A stretch of 64,000 nt of DNA from an uncultured Acidobacteriaceae bacterium. Lineage in GTDB: Bacteria > Acidobacteriota > Terriglobia > Terriglobales > Acidobacteriaceae. Position numbers and translations under genes: made by a program. The notes under the pieces were generated by a model that was not told where the DNA came from, made no database searches, and saw only the letters and a program-made list of their open reading frames with translations. The stretch is from the NCBI GenBank assembly GCA_963782235.1, contig CAWAIT010000005.1, positions 726,929-790,928 of the forward strand, given 5' to 3'. Numbering within the stretch: position 1 is the stretch's first letter; every line of letters begins with the position of its first letter. Positions 9,244 through 19,083 of the stretch are shown here, in pieces.

Positions 9244-9921
9244 ATGAATCGCATTGGCGTATTGTTGCTGCTGCTGACCAGCTTTCCAGCCCTCGCGCAG
9301 AATCCGCCCGCGCCGCGCGTATCGGCCGCGGCCTACTCGGCTTCCAAGGTCGAGTCGCAATACTCTATGGGCGCCACGCTGCTTTCGAAAACGCAGATCC
9401 AGAACTCTTTGGCCACACCCCTGGCGGGGCGGTACGTGGTCGTGGAAGTGGGCTTCTATCCTGCGGAAGGAAAGAGCATCGATCTGCAACGGTCGAGCTT
9501 TATGTTGGTCACCCCTGACAGCAAGTCGTCGATCACCGCGGCCAGTCCAGAAGAGATAGCGTCCATCCTGCAGAAGCGGCCGCCGAGCAGTCGCGATGTA
9601 ACGCTCTATCCCACAGCCAATGTGGGTTATGAGAGCTGGCCGGTGTACAACGGAACGGGCGTTAAACAGGTAGGAGGCCCGGTCTATGGCGCCGGCATGG
9701 GGGTTGGCGTCGGCAAGACAACGTCGCCTGCTACCACTGATTCGGACCGCAACACCATGGAAACCGAGCTTAGCGATAAGGAGTTGAAAGGCGGCGATGT
9801 ATCCAAACCCGTCGCCGGATACCTGTACTTTCCCGTTGCTGGCAAGGAGAAGGCCAATTTTCAATTGGAGTACCACACGGCGGCAGATGTCGTGACCACA
9901 CTGCCATTGAATGAGAAGTAG
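9244..9921 (+). CDS. hypothetical secreted protein
   Basis: 225-aa ORF with a signal peptide (IGVLLLLLTSFPALAQ), 5 nt after the preceding gene. The antisense ORF 9196..9963 is Arg-rich and not protein-like. Confidence 0.6.
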   Translation: MNRIGVLLLLLTSFPALAQNPPAPRVSAAAYSASKVESQYSMGATLLSKTQIQNSLATPLAGRYVVVEVGFYPAEGKSIDLQRSSFMLVTPDSKSSITAASPEEIASILQKRPPSSRDVTLYPTANVGYESWPVYNGTGVKQVGGPVYGAGMGVGVGKTTSPATTDSDRNTMETELSDKELKGGDVSKPVAGYLYFPVAGKEKANFQLEYHTAADVVTTLPLNEK

Positions 9922-9931
9922 TCGCTGGCAG

Positions 9932-10780
9932 CTATGTCGGCAAGCTGCCGCTCGCCCAATCACCGAGCTTCTCCACCGGACAACGTACCCCTACGAAGAA
10001 CTGCCCGAACAGGGCATAGATTGCGCTGACTTCGTCGAAGCGCATTTCGTAGATCAGCTTCTTGAAGATGAGCGGATCATCGGCAAATAGGTCGACGCCC
10101 CACTCCCAATCGTCGAAGCCGATAGAGCCGGTGATGATCTGCTGGACTTTGCCGGCGTACCGCCGTCCGACCAGCCCGTGCTCCTCCATCTGCCGCTGAC
10201 GTTCTTCGATGGGCAGCATATACCAGTTCTTGTCCTCGCCCCGGCGGCGGTCGATGGGATAGAAGCAGAGATAGCGCGCGGCTGGGATCTTGGGATACAG
10301 GCGCGGCCACATTGCCGCTCGCTGCCGGTGCAGTGTTTCCTGCACTTCTTTATTCCACTCTTCTGAAAGAGGCGTTACACCCCGCTCGGATAGCATCCGG
10401 AACAGTTTCACGCTGGAGTCGTACAAGCCTAGCTCGATCACCGACACATACGAATGCACGGGCTCAAGAAACTCCTGGAACTCGGTCCTATTCAGTTGCA
10501 ACTCCGCCGCATTTAAGTCGTCAAACGAATCGCGGAAGTGCACGGCCATCAGGTCGCCTTTGTGACCGAGCAGGGAGTACAACGCTGTCTGGCCCGCTTC
10601 TTCGGCCGGAGCGAGTACAGCCGCCGCTTTTTGCGCGATCTGTGCGCGACGAGCCTCGTCCAGCTTCCGCCACTCCGCCCAGCGGAAGCGAAACATCTGA
10701 TGCAGAACGCTCAAACCCTCAAGCGTGAGGGGAACCGCGGGCAATTCGGTCGAAACCTGTACGCCGGCATTGGAAGCCAT
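9932..10780 (-). CDS. hemQ: chlorite dismutase-family protein (HemQ/coproheme decarboxylase-like)
   Basis: Family-typical blocks: LGHKGDLMAVHFRDSFDDL, YPIDRRRGEDKNWYMLPIEERQRQMEEHG, ITGSIGFDDWEWGVDLFADDP, EMRFDEVS. I prefer the internal start MASNAGV because the 356-aa track ORF would overlap divergent dedA. Confidence 0.75.
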   Translation of the reverse strand: MASNAGVQVSTELPAVPLTLEGLSVLHQMFRFRWAEWRKLDEARRAQIAQKAAAVLAPAEEAGQTALYSLLGHKGDLMAVHFRDSFDDLNAAELQLNRTEFQEFLEPVHSYVSVIELGLYDSSVKLFRMLSERGVTPLSEEWNKEVQETLHRQRAAMWPRLYPKIPAARYLCFYPIDRRRGEDKNWYMLPIEERQRQMEEHGLVGRRYAGKVQQIITGSIGFDDWEWGVDLFADDPLIFKKLIYEMRFDEVSAIYALFGQFFVGVRCPVEKLGDWASGSLPT

Positions 10781-10952
10781 AAGGAAATCTCCGGAGAAGG
10801 AGTAACTGCGCTGGGTGTATTGTAATTGGCTAATGCCGCGCGGGCAGGTCGCACTCTGGAACGGCATGGTGGCCAGAGCTTTCGCGATTGCAGGATGGTC
10901 CGCGCCTCCGCGAGCGAAATGGGTCCCGCTGCGACTTGCTATCCTATAACGA

Positions 10953-11606
10953 ATGGTCGCCCACATCATTGAAATCCTTGGCGCGTGGATTGTTTCGGTC
11001 ATCTCCTCTGCCGGCTATCTCGGCGTCATGTTGCTCATGGCCATCGAATCGGCATGCATCCCGCTGCCCTCAGAAATCATCATGCCGTTTTCGGGGTATC
11101 TGGTGTACACCGGTCGGTTTTCCCTGTTCTGGGTTGCGACCTGGGGAGCGCTCGGTTGCAATCTGGGATCGGTGATCGCGTACGAAATCGGCTATTTTGG
11201 CGGGCGACCTCTGGTGGAAACTTATGGCCGGTACATCCTGCTGAGCAAACGCGAGCTCGACTGGGCTGACCGCTTCTTCCAGCGGCACGGTTCCCTTGCC
11301 GTGCTGATCGCACGCCTGCTGCCGGTGATACGCACGTTCATAGCGCTTCCGGCCGGCATCGCGAGGATGCCTCGGCTCAAATTTCACATCTACACATTTG
11401 TGGGATCGTGGCCGTGGTGCTTCGCGCTCGCCTACATCGGCATGAGGCTGGGTGAACAGTGGGACAAGGACCCGCGGCTGAAGATGTGGTTTCACCGCTT
11501 CGACGCGGTTATTCTGGCAGTCATCGTCCTCGGCGCACTTTACTTCATCTGGTCCCATTTGCGGCATCGAGTTGGCAGAGAGCAAGCTAGCCCGGTTCCC
11601 GAGTGA
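10953..11606 (+). CDS. dedA: DedA-family inner-membrane protein
   Basis: 217 aa. Typical DedA blocks: LMAIESACIPLPSEIIMPFSGY, GGRPLVETYGRYILLSKRELDWADRFFQRHG, ARLLPVIRTFIALPAGIARM. Confidence 0.85.
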   Translation: MVAHIIEILGAWIVSVISSAGYLGVMLLMAIESACIPLPSEIIMPFSGYLVYTGRFSLFWVATWGALGCNLGSVIAYEIGYFGGRPLVETYGRYILLSKRELDWADRFFQRHGSLAVLIARLLPVIRTFIALPAGIARMPRLKFHIYTFVGSWPWCFALAYIGMRLGEQWDKDPRLKMWFHRFDAVILAVIVLGALYFIWSHLRHRVGREQASPVPE

Positions 11607-11630
11607 AACGCGTTATCAACTGGAGGAGAG

Positions 11631-12041
11631 ATGGCTGAACAATCAGACAAGATCAAGAAATCAGAACAAGAATGGCGCCGGGAACTTACTCCGGAGCAGT
11701 ATCATATTCTGCGCGAAAAAGGCACGGAGCGAGCGTTCAGCGGCGAGCACGCTCACACCAAGACTCCGGGCATATTTCGCTGCGCGGCGTGCGGACAGGA
11801 ACTATTTGACTCCGACACAAAGTACGATTCCGGCAGCGGCTGGCCCAGCTTCTACCAGCCGATGGACCCCGACAAAGTGGAACTGCACGACGACAACGCC
11901 TTTGGGATGCGGCGCACGGAAGTCATCTGCTCAAAATGCGAGTCGCACCTGGGACATGTCTTTCCCGATGGCCCGCGGCCTACGGGAATGCGCTTCTGCA
12001 TCAACTCAGCATCGCTGAAGCACGAGGAAAAAGGGAAGTAG
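11631..12041 (+). CDS. msrB: peptide-methionine (R)-S-oxide reductase MsrB
   Basis: 136 aa with Zn-site CxxC pairs (CAACGQ, CSKCES), GSGWPSF, and the catalytic RFCINS. Confidence 0.92.
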   Translation: MAEQSDKIKKSEQEWRRELTPEQYHILREKGTERAFSGEHAHTKTPGIFRCAACGQELFDSDTKYDSGSGWPSFYQPMDPDKVELHDDNAFGMRRTEVICSKCESHLGHVFPDGPRPTGMRFCINSASLKHEEKGK

Positions 12042-12072
12042 CAGCGAGCAACTGGCAAGTGCAATTGACCTT

Positions 12073-12127
12073 GTCATCCTGGGCGGAGCGAGGTCGCGAT
12101 AGCCGCCGAGCGAAGTCGAAGGACCTC
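12073..12127 (+). repeat. REP family 1 copy (expanded centre)
   Basis: GTCATCCTGGGCGGAGCGAGGTCGCGATAGCCGCCGAGCGAAGTCGAAGGACCTC in the msrB / glycerate kinase spacer. Confidence 0.65.
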
Positions 12128-12183
12128 TGTCGCGGCCCATCCCGATGGGGGCCGATCGGCTGCTGCACATATAATTCCTCTCG

Positions 12184-13518
12184 ATGCCCAGCCCTCTCAG
12201 TCCCTCTGATTCGCTCTACAGCGAAATGCGCCAGCGTGCGCGGGAAATATTCGACCAAGCGCTGGCCGAGTGCAGCATTCCAACTGCGATGCAGCGACAT
12301 GTCGAGTTGCAAGGGCGCCAGCTTCGTATCGGCGATGACATTTACGACTTGGACAGTTTTTCCGCCATCAATGTCGTTTCCATCGGCAAGGCCGGGCACA
12401 GTCTCGCGCACGCGCTCGCCGAGATAGCGGATAGAGGATTGCAGGGCATCATTGCTTGCCCCAGCCCTCCAGCGGCGCAGCTCTTTGGATTTCGCTACTT
12501 CATCGGCGGGCACCCGCTGCCCAACCAGGATTCTCTGCGCGCCGGCGACGCCATTCTGAAGCTCCTGGCCAACTCCGGTTCGGACACCCTCACCCTGTTT
12601 CTCGTCAGCGGAGGAGCGTCGGCGATCGCGGAAAAACCGATTGCACCTGCCATCTCGCTGGACGACGTGGTTGCCACCTACAAGGCGCTCGTTCACTCGG
12701 GCGCTCCTATCTCCGAGATCAACGCGATTCGCAAGCACCTGTCGGCCCTCAAGGGAGGGAGAATGGCGCAGGCTGCGGTGCCCTCGCACCAGGTTTCCAT
12801 CCTGGTCTCGGATGTGCCGGAGAATGCACTCGACGCTCTGGCGTCAGGTCCCACAATGCCGGACACCACCACTATTGCTGATTGTTATGCCATTGCCGAT
12901 AAGTACCACCTTGCTACGCAGTTTCCGGCCAGCGTGCGGCAACTCTTCGAGCGCCGTGAATTGCAGGAAACTCCGAAGGCAGGCGATCCGGTGTTTGCAC
13001 GCTCGCGGTACTTTACAGTCCTGTCGAATGCCACGGCGCTGAAGGCTGCGGGTGAGCAGGCGGCGCGCGGCGGATTCGCCGTCGAGGTCGACAACACGTG
13101 CGACGACTGGGATTACGCCGAAGCTGCCGATCACTTGCTATCGCGCCTGTGCGAGTTGCGTCGTGGGGCTTCGCGCGTCTGCCTGATTTCGGGAGGCGAG
13201 GTCACGGTGAAGGCCGGCGAGAATCCGGGGACAGGCGGACGGAACCAGCAGTTTGCACTGTACTGCGCGCAGAAGATTGAAGGGCAACTAATCACGGTAC
13301 TGAGTGCCGGGACCGACGGCATCGACGGCAACAGTCGCGCGGCAGGAGCCATTGCAGACGGCAGTACCGTGGCGCGCGCCAGGGAAAAGGGACTCGACGC
13401 GGCAGCGGCGTTGCAAAAGCTCGATGCGTTCCCCCTTTTCGATGCCCTCGGTGACGCGATCATCACCGGCCCAACCGGAAATAATGTGCGCGATTTGCGG
13501 GTGCTGCTGGCGTATTAG
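12184..13518 (+). CDS. glycerate 2-kinase / hydroxypyruvate reductase-type MOFRL-family protein
   Basis: 444 aa with DUF4147-like N-terminal and MOFRL C-terminal blocks (LVSGGASA, IRKHLSALKGGR, LISGGEVTV, GTGGRNQQFAL, SAGTDGIDG, TGPTGNNVRDL). Confidence 0.85.
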   Translation: MPSPLSPSDSLYSEMRQRAREIFDQALAECSIPTAMQRHVELQGRQLRIGDDIYDLDSFSAINVVSIGKAGHSLAHALAEIADRGLQGIIACPSPPAAQLFGFRYFIGGHPLPNQDSLRAGDAILKLLANSGSDTLTLFLVSGGASAIAEKPIAPAISLDDVVATYKALVHSGAPISEINAIRKHLSALKGGRMAQAAVPSHQVSILVSDVPENALDALASGPTMPDTTTIADCYAIADKYHLATQFPASVRQLFERRELQETPKAGDPVFARSRYFTVLSNATALKAAGEQAARGGFAVEVDNTCDDWDYAEAADHLLSRLCELRRGASRVCLISGGEVTVKAGENPGTGGRNQQFALYCAQKIEGQLITVLSAGTDGIDGNSRAAGAIADGSTVARAREKGLDAAAALQKLDAFPLFDALGDAIITGPTGNNVRDLRVLLAY

Positions 13519-13575
13519 AAGTCTGTCTACCCAATTGACAATTGACCGATGTCTGCTGTGAGGGCGTTTTGAAAG

Positions 13576-13736
13576 GGCGCAGTTTTAGCTGCGCCGCAGC
13601 CTGTTTTATTCTTTGTCATCACGAGGCCGCCTTGCGGCCGAGGGACCTGTTCTCGCCGGCAGCGCGAATCGTTTTGCATTGTGAAGAGTGTCGAGCCAGA
13701 AGCAGAGAGCAGATCCGTCGCTGCGCTCGTGATGAC
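13576..13736. repeat. repeat cluster: one hairpin plus two inverted REP family 1 copies
   Basis: Hairpin GGCGCAG-ttttag-CTGCGCC (13576..13595). GTCATCACGAGGCCGCCTTGCGGCCGAGGGACCTG (13615..13649, +). GCAGATCCGTCGCTGCGCTCGTGATGAC (13709..13736, -). Confidence 0.65.
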
Positions 13737-14848
13737 AAATCAGAATGCTCGCTACCGCTGGCGCTTCGTAACGACCTCCGCGAATAGGCCTCGTACTTCT
13801 TCGCAACGGCTTCCCAGGCGAACATCTCTTGCGCGCGCTGCCTCGCGCGCAGGCCCAACTGCTCGCGTTCCGCGTCGTTCTCCAACAGATTCTGAAGCTT
13901 CTGTGCCAGGTCGGTCTCATCCTTGCGATAACGCACTGCGGCATCGCCCGCAGTCTCGTTATTCTCCGGAGTATCCAGGTAAAGCGTTGCATTCTGTGCG
14001 GCCATAGCTTCGATCAGCGCCGGGTGCACGCCGCCGACCTCGCAGGCAAACACGAAGATCCCCGCGTGCTTTTGCAGCGTCCAGTATCCGTCTCCATAAA
14101 CCGCGCCCGTAAACGTGACGCGGCTGTCAGCCAGCTTTCGCAAGCTGTCCATGTACGCAGGGTTATAGCGATTGTCCCCAACCACCACCAGCGGCCAGTC
14201 GGTTTGCACCCGGCTCCAGCTACGCAGTACCAGTTCCGGATTGTTCTCCGGCTCCAGTCGGCTGACATAGAGGACGTATCGGCCCGGCTGGAGTTGGAAG
14301 CCGTTCAGGTTGTAGTCGCCCTTCGGCATCTCAGAGCCATAAGCAATCACTGTCGACTCGGCCCCGTACTTTGCGGCATAGTAGTCGTGAATCGTCTTGG
14401 CGTCGGTGACAAGGCGATTCGAACTGAAGCTCGAAACCCATTCGCAGAAGTGCAGCACTTGTGCGCCCAGCCAGTTCCACTTAGTGCGCTTGCGATCGAG
14501 TCCGTCAACGTTCAGCACGACGGGCGTACCCAATATTCGGGGAGGATAGGCGAACGGCGCATTCGCGACATTGCAGATGAGCACGACATCGTAGCGGCAG
14601 AAGGCCGCATGGGTCGCGGCGAAAAAAGTACTGACCCAGGTGTCGAGATGTTTCTGGTGAAGGCTGGGCACGATCACGCGCTTCACGCGGCGGTCGTACT
14701 CATCATCGGGCCGGGTAAACGCGCGGCGGCAATAGACGGTTACTTCGTGTCCGTGGTCAGCAAAGCGTGAGCTGATCTGCTCGGCGAAACGCTCGAATCC
14801 ACCATAGCGGTTGGGAATGCCTCGTGTCCCGACAATCGCAATTCTCAA
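13619..14848 (-). CDS. glycosyltransferase family 1 (DUF1972-type N-terminus)
   Basis: MRIAIVGTRGIPNRYGGFERFAEQISSRFADHGHEV start and a GT1 C-terminal fold. The last ~45 codons run through REP copies (SSRAQRRICSLL) and are probably not native. Confidence 0.8.
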   Translation of the reverse strand: MRIAIVGTRGIPNRYGGFERFAEQISSRFADHGHEVTVYCRRAFTRPDDEYDRRVKRVIVPSLHQKHLDTWVSTFFAATHAAFCRYDVVLICNVANAPFAYPPRILGTPVVLNVDGLDRKRTKWNWLGAQVLHFCEWVSSFSSNRLVTDAKTIHDYYAAKYGAESTVIAYGSEMPKGDYNLNGFQLQPGRYVLYVSRLEPENNPELVLRSWSRVQTDWPLVVVGDNRYNPAYMDSLRKLADSRVTFTGAVYGDGYWTLQKHAGIFVFACEVGGVHPALIEAMAAQNATLYLDTPENNETAGDAAVRYRKDETDLAQKLQNLLENDAEREQLGLRARQRAQEMFAWEAVAKKYEAYSRRSLRSASGSEHSDLSSRAQRRICSLLLARHSSQCKTIRAAGENRSLGRKAAS

Positions 14849-15903
14849 TGCCGCTCACCGGAAGCGAGCCCGCGGACGGCAAAGTCCGGTTCAAAAGTTC
14901 CAACTAGTTCTGAGACGTCGATCGCCCGCGGCGTGTTGCTGAACCACCACAGCAAATCGCGATCTGATACCTTACGGCGAGACTGAATGACGGCGCGCTT
15001 GCGACGGACCCGCTCGCGCACCTCCGGACGCCAACGGTAGAAGCAGGCAGAGAGCATCTGACGGTCGCCCAGCAGGGCATACCCGTACGCCTGCGCGTCG
15101 CGCCAGAGCACGGGTACAGCTAAGCGCCAGGACAGCCACCAGGAAGCATTTTTGGCACGCATCAGCCAGCGGTTCTTCACCGAGTGCCAGTTGATAAGGT
15201 GCGGTAGGTCTTGTCGCCGCTCCGGGGTCACGCGGCGCACATGCCAGGCAACCGCATTCGGCGTGTACAGGAATTTCTGACCCATCAGTTGCGCGCGCCA
15301 AGCGAGGTCGCAGTCTTCGCGGAAAGAAAAGAATTCTTCGTCGAAGAACTCGCCGTCTACGGAAACAGCATCGATGAACTCGCGACGAAAAAGCGCGGCC
15401 GCGCCCGTCGCCGCGAAAACGTACTGCACGCGATCGTATTGTCCGACGTCGCTCTCTTCGGCCCCGCGATCGAGATGACGCATGTTGCGAGTGAAATACA
15501 CGCCGGCGGAGTCGATGATGTTCGTGCGCCCATCGTCTTTCTCCGGTTCCCAACGCAGCAGCTTTCCGCAGATGGCGCCCGCCTCCGGATGCGCCCGTTC
15601 CGCCGAGACCAATTGGCTGACAAAATCTTGCCGCAGCAGAACGTCTGGATTCAGGCACAGGATCCAGTTTCCACCCGCCGCGCGAATGGCTTCGTTCTGC
15701 CCAGCCGCAAAGCCAGTGTTCGTCTGCTTGTAGATCACTCGGAAGCGCGTGCTGTATTCGCGCAACATCTCGCGCGTACCATCGGTGGAAGCATTGTCGA
15801 GGAGGATGACCTCGATGTCCCGGTAATCCTGTTGCGCGATGGACGCTATACACTCACGCAGGCATGACGCCGAATTCCAGGTGACGATGGTGATCGAAAC
15901 CAT
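14845..15903 (-). CDS. glycosyltransferase family 2
   Basis: ITIVTWNSASCLRECIASIAQQDYRDIEVILLDNASTDGT, DxD-type region. 4-nt overlap with the downstream GT1 gene. Confidence 0.85.
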   Translation of the reverse strand: MVSITIVTWNSASCLRECIASIAQQDYRDIEVILLDNASTDGTREMLREYSTRFRVIYKQTNTGFAAGQNEAIRAAGGNWILCLNPDVLLRQDFVSQLVSAERAHPEAGAICGKLLRWEPEKDDGRTNIIDSAGVYFTRNMRHLDRGAEESDVGQYDRVQYVFAATGAAALFRREFIDAVSVDGEFFDEEFFSFREDCDLAWRAQLMGQKFLYTPNAVAWHVRRVTPERRQDLPHLINWHSVKNRWLMRAKNASWWLSWRLAVPVLWRDAQAYGYALLGDRQMLSACFYRWRPEVRERVRRKRAVIQSRRKVSDRDLLWWFSNTPRAIDVSELVGTFEPDFAVRGLASGERH

Positions 15904-15909
15904 GAGGGT

Positions 15910-17346
15910 TTAGTACGCTCCGCGCCCAGACAGTACGATGGGAATGGTGCGCAAGAAAATCTTGGCGTCCAGCCACAGCGACCAGGTGTCGATGTAAGCC
16001 AGATCGAGTTGAATCCAGCGATTGAAGTCGAGATGGTTGCGGCCCTCCAGCACCCAGGTGCAGGTCAGGCCGGGGCGCATGCGCAGGCGCCGGCGCTGCC
16101 AGGGTTCATACTGGTCCACTTCATCGGGTATCGCTGGACGCGGGCCCACGAACGACATGTCACCGCGCAGAACGTTCCAAAGCTGCGGCAGCTCATCGAT
16201 GCTGAAGCGCCGCAGCCAACGGCCCACCGTGGTGATGCGCGGGTCGTCACGCAGCTTGAACACCGGCCCATCCAGCTCGTTGAGCTGGTGCAGTTCCGCC
16301 TTCAACTGCTCAGCGTTGTTGATCATGGAGCGGAACTTATACAAAGTGAAGCGGCGCCCACCCAGGCCGCAGCGGGTTTGCTTGAAGAGGACCGGCCCCG
16401 GCGAGGTGATGCGGATAGCGGCGGCCACCACAGCCATCAGCGGCGACAGCAAAATCAGGGAGCAGGTTGCAAACGATATATCGAACACGCGCTTAAGGAA
16501 GAGCAGCAGCTCGCTCTCCGGCGTGCTCGACAGACTTAGTAACTCAACGTCGCGAAACTTCTCCAGGTACACGCGCGAATAAGCCGCCGGCAGGAACTCC
16601 AGTTGCATGCGCACCTTCATCCCCAGGTTGGCGCAGTGCAGGATGACAGGCTCCAGACGCGCGAGCTCCTGCATGCTCACAGCAAAGATGACCTCGTCGA
16701 TTACCCGGTTTTGCAGGATGTTCTCTACATCCCTGAGGGGGTAAACCTCGTATTCTCCTATGTTGTGTTGCGCCAGATTTTCGTGGCCGTCAGGGTCGAC
16801 GAAGCCCACCAGACGCAGGCCGCCGCCTCGACTCTCTTCAATCAGGGTTGCCACTTCGCGCGCCCGCGATCCGCAGCCCACCACCAGGCTGTAGTGGTAG
16901 CGGTTCAGGCGCTCGCGCATCCAGTACACGCCCGAATACGAGATGGCGCGGCCCGCCAGCAGAGAGACGAACATCACTCCGCCTGTTACCAGTACAAACG
17001 CGCGGCTGATGTCGGGGCGCTTCAGCAGGTACAACCCGGCATACGCCAGCACCAGCACCACGACCACCTGATACAGCAGCATGGCTCCGATGCGTATCGG
17101 ATTACTGAGCTCCAGGTCGCGATAGAACGTTCCAAAGTATCCCGTGATCGCCCAAAGCCCCAGCAGACCCACTAGCAGGGGGATGTACTGGCTGAAAGGA
17201 TAGATCTCCGTAAACCTGTGATGGAAGAACTCAAGGTTGGTCAGCAGGGTCCGCAGCAGAAAGGCTGCGGCGAACGCAATGCAAATGACCATGAGGTCTT
17301 GCAGCAGCGTGACCAAACCTAGAAACTTTGATTTGCGATCAAACAC
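15910..17346 (-). CDS. polyprenyl-phosphate glycosyl-1-phosphate transferase (WbaP/EpsB-like priming enzyme)
   Basis: 478 aa with N-terminal TM helices and a C-terminal bacterial sugar-transferase domain (KRVFDISFATCSLILLSP...GPVLFKQTRCGLGGRRFTLYKFRSM...PGLTCTW). Confidence 0.88.
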   Translation of the reverse strand: MFDRKSKFLGLVTLLQDLMVICIAFAAAFLLRTLLTNLEFFHHRFTEIYPFSQYIPLLVGLLGLWAITGYFGTFYRDLELSNPIRIGAMLLYQVVVVLVLAYAGLYLLKRPDISRAFVLVTGGVMFVSLLAGRAISYSGVYWMRERLNRYHYSLVVGCGSRAREVATLIEESRGGGLRLVGFVDPDGHENLAQHNIGEYEVYPLRDVENILQNRVIDEVIFAVSMQELARLEPVILHCANLGMKVRMQLEFLPAAYSRVYLEKFRDVELLSLSSTPESELLLFLKRVFDISFATCSLILLSPLMAVVAAAIRITSPGPVLFKQTRCGLGGRRFTLYKFRSMINNAEQLKAELHQLNELDGPVFKLRDDPRITTVGRWLRRFSIDELPQLWNVLRGDMSFVGPRPAIPDEVDQYEPWQRRRLRMRPGLTCTWVLEGRNHLDFNRWIQLDLAYIDTWSLWLDAKIFLRTIPIVLSGRGAY

Positions 17347-17590
17347 GGGAATACCGGTGTCTTTCCGTTTGTTCTTCCGCTCGTGTCAGCCATCGTGTGT
17401 GGCAGACATTTCGGAATCTAGCGTCCGGAGCGGCGACCCTTGTGGCGGCTCTTGGAAAAGCGCAGTGAAAGACACATTCTAGCCTACTTGCGCTCCGCGA
17501 AGAAGCTCCGCGAGGAGGCTTGAAAGTGCCAGTTGGGTTACCACCCTCGCGCATTCTGCGTCGCGGGCTGCCGCACGGGTACGTTGCTCA

Positions 17591-18256
17591 ATGCGACATC
17601 ACAATGCCGTGTGCGGCTCGTCACTGTATGCAAGTGATGACAGTTCCACAATAGAGTCACTCCGGAAGTTTGCGCCCGTGGAGGCTCCTATGATCGCTGC
17701 ATTTCCAATCGCACTGTTCATCCTGGGTGGCGTAATCCTGTTGGGATTGCCGGTCGCGTTCAGTCTGCAGACTTACTACAAGAATCGCGGGCGGCGCGCA
17801 GTCATCTGCCCCGAGAACCGCCAGCCGGTCGAGGTCGAGGTCGATAGCAAGTTCGCCTTTCGAACTGCGTTACGCGGCCAGGAACATACCCGCCTGGAGT
17901 CGTGTTCGCGCTGGCCCGAAATGCACGAGTGTGGGCAGGAATGCCTGGCGCAAATCGATCCCACGCCGGAAAATATCGAACGCCTGCTTAAGAAATCGTA
18001 CCAGGGCAAGGCGTGCGGCATCTGCGGTCGCCTGCTCGATCCTCCCGACTGGGAGCAAGGCCGGCTTGCTCTACTCGACGAAAACTTCAGGCTGGTCGAG
18101 ATGCGGCAAATCGAGCTGGACCAACTGCAGTCGGCGGTAGATTCCATGCGTCCACTATGCTGGAAATGCCACCAGGACGAGAAGCAACGCCGGGTACAGC
18201 CGCACCGCATCCTGAAGGGCGAGCGCCAACCGGTCAGAACGGCGATATCGGATTGA
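17591..18256 (+). CDS. hypothetical membrane-anchored Cys-rich protein (probable start at 17690)
   Basis: One TM (MIAAFPIALFILGGVILLGLPVAF), then paired cysteines (CSRWPEMHECGQEC, CGICG, CWKCH) suggesting metal/zinc-ribbon sites. I recognise no family. Confidence 0.5.
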   Translation: MRHHNAVCGSSLYASDDSSTIESLRKFAPVEAPMIAAFPIALFILGGVILLGLPVAFSLQTYYKNRGRRAVICPENRQPVEVEVDSKFAFRTALRGQEHTRLESCSRWPEMHECGQECLAQIDPTPENIERLLKKSYQGKACGICGRLLDPPDWEQGRLALLDENFRLVEMRQIELDQLQSAVDSMRPLCWKCHQDEKQRRVQPHRILKGERQPVRTAISD

Positions 18257-18348
18257 ACGGCATTTTTCTTGGACACGAGCGCTCAATCTGAGTGCTTCAA
18301 TTGCTTTCCTTCCGCTCGACTGATCGAAGCTGTGCGATAGTAGTCTCC

Positions 18349-18828
18349 GTGAACCGGTTATCGCGAACGATACTGCTTGCACTGCTCGGTCTTCTGGCTT
18401 CGGCCAGTGTGGCCCAAACCCCGCCCAAACCAGGCCAAAACTCCACGCAGGCCGTGAAGAAATCTCCTCTCATTCCCTATGCGGGCAATTGGGTCAGCAT
18501 GTTCGCGGGTAAGCCCTGGATGCTGCTGACCCTCAACCTCGTTGGCGAGCAGTTCTCCGGCTCGTTACAACGAGCGCGCGACTTCGATTTCAACGACAAC
18601 GGAGAGTTGAAGCGCGTCAGCGACGACATTCTGACTTACCAGCTACTCGAGGCCAAGCTGACTCCCGACGGACTGCTCCTCACCTGCAAAGACCCCGACA
18701 AACCAGAGACGCAGCGCTACATGATGAAGCTGACGAGCGACTCGGCGGCGGAGATCAAGATGATTGCGATGACCATGCCACCCGGCATGCCCAAGCCCAA
18801 ACCATGGAAGCTGGAGAAGGTTCAGTAA
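18349..18828 (+). CDS. hypothetical secreted protein
   Basis: GTG start gives the signal peptide VNRLSRTILLALLGLLASASVAQT. Beta-rich body (AGNWVSMFAGKPWMLLTLNLVGEQFSGSL...). Confidence 0.55.
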   Translation: MNRLSRTILLALLGLLASASVAQTPPKPGQNSTQAVKKSPLIPYAGNWVSMFAGKPWMLLTLNLVGEQFSGSLQRARDFDFNDNGELKRVSDDILTYQLLEAKLTPDGLLLTCKDPDKPETQRYMMKLTSDSAAEIKMIAMTMPPGMPKPKPWKLEKVQ

Positions 18829-18834
18829 TGCGTT

Positions 18835-19083
18835 CTACCCGAGCGCTGGGCCTTCCAGCGCCTCCCGCAATCTCGCATGAAGGCGATCGCTGTACCCAAC
18901 CGGCAATTCGAAGGTGCGCTCGTCCCCTACCAGCACAAGGATGTTGCGCGTCGAGTCAAGCACGGCCGTGCAGTGGCGGCAGTGGGTCAGATGTTCCTCA
19001 ACCGCCTTGCGAAGCTCGGGCGAAACCGTCCCGTCAATGTAGTCCGAGATCTGGTCCCAGACGTGTCGGCAATTTAGAACCAT
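18835..19083 (-). CDS. zf-HC2 anti-sigma factor (short, soluble)
   Basis: CRHVWDQISDYIDGTVSPELRKAVEEHLTHCRHC motif. Overlaps the upstream ECF sigma gene by 10 nt. Confidence 0.75.
   Translation of the reverse strand: MVLNCRHVWDQISDYIDGTVSPELRKAVEEHLTHCRHCTAVLDSTRNILVLVGDERTFELPVGYSDRLHARLREALEGPALG

Noticed and set aside
8471-9921. Possible genomic island at the tRNA-Leu locus
   Set aside because: Only a 25-nt tRNA fragment supports it. There is no integrase, no second distant repeat and no clear compositional shift in the downstream genes. I report it as a scar only.
9196-9963. 255-aa minus-strand ORF
   Set aside because: It is antisense to the signal-peptide-bearing ORF 9244..9921. It is Arg/Gly/Cys-rich, typical of an off-frame translation of high-GC DNA.
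10781-11002. N-terminal 74-codon extension of the chlorite-dismutase-family ORF
   Set aside because: It would overlap the divergent dedA start by 50 nt and adds no family-like sequence. The internal ATG (MASNAGV) gives a normal-length protein.
12001-16582. Several long antisense or off-frame ORFs (12001..12789 -, 13829..14770 +, 14972..15853 -, 15211..15867 +, 16009..16582 +)
   Set aside because: Each lies inside a gene with strong family motifs in another frame or strand (glycerate kinase, GT1, GT2, WbaP-like). Their composition is Arg/Ala/Gly-biased without motifs.
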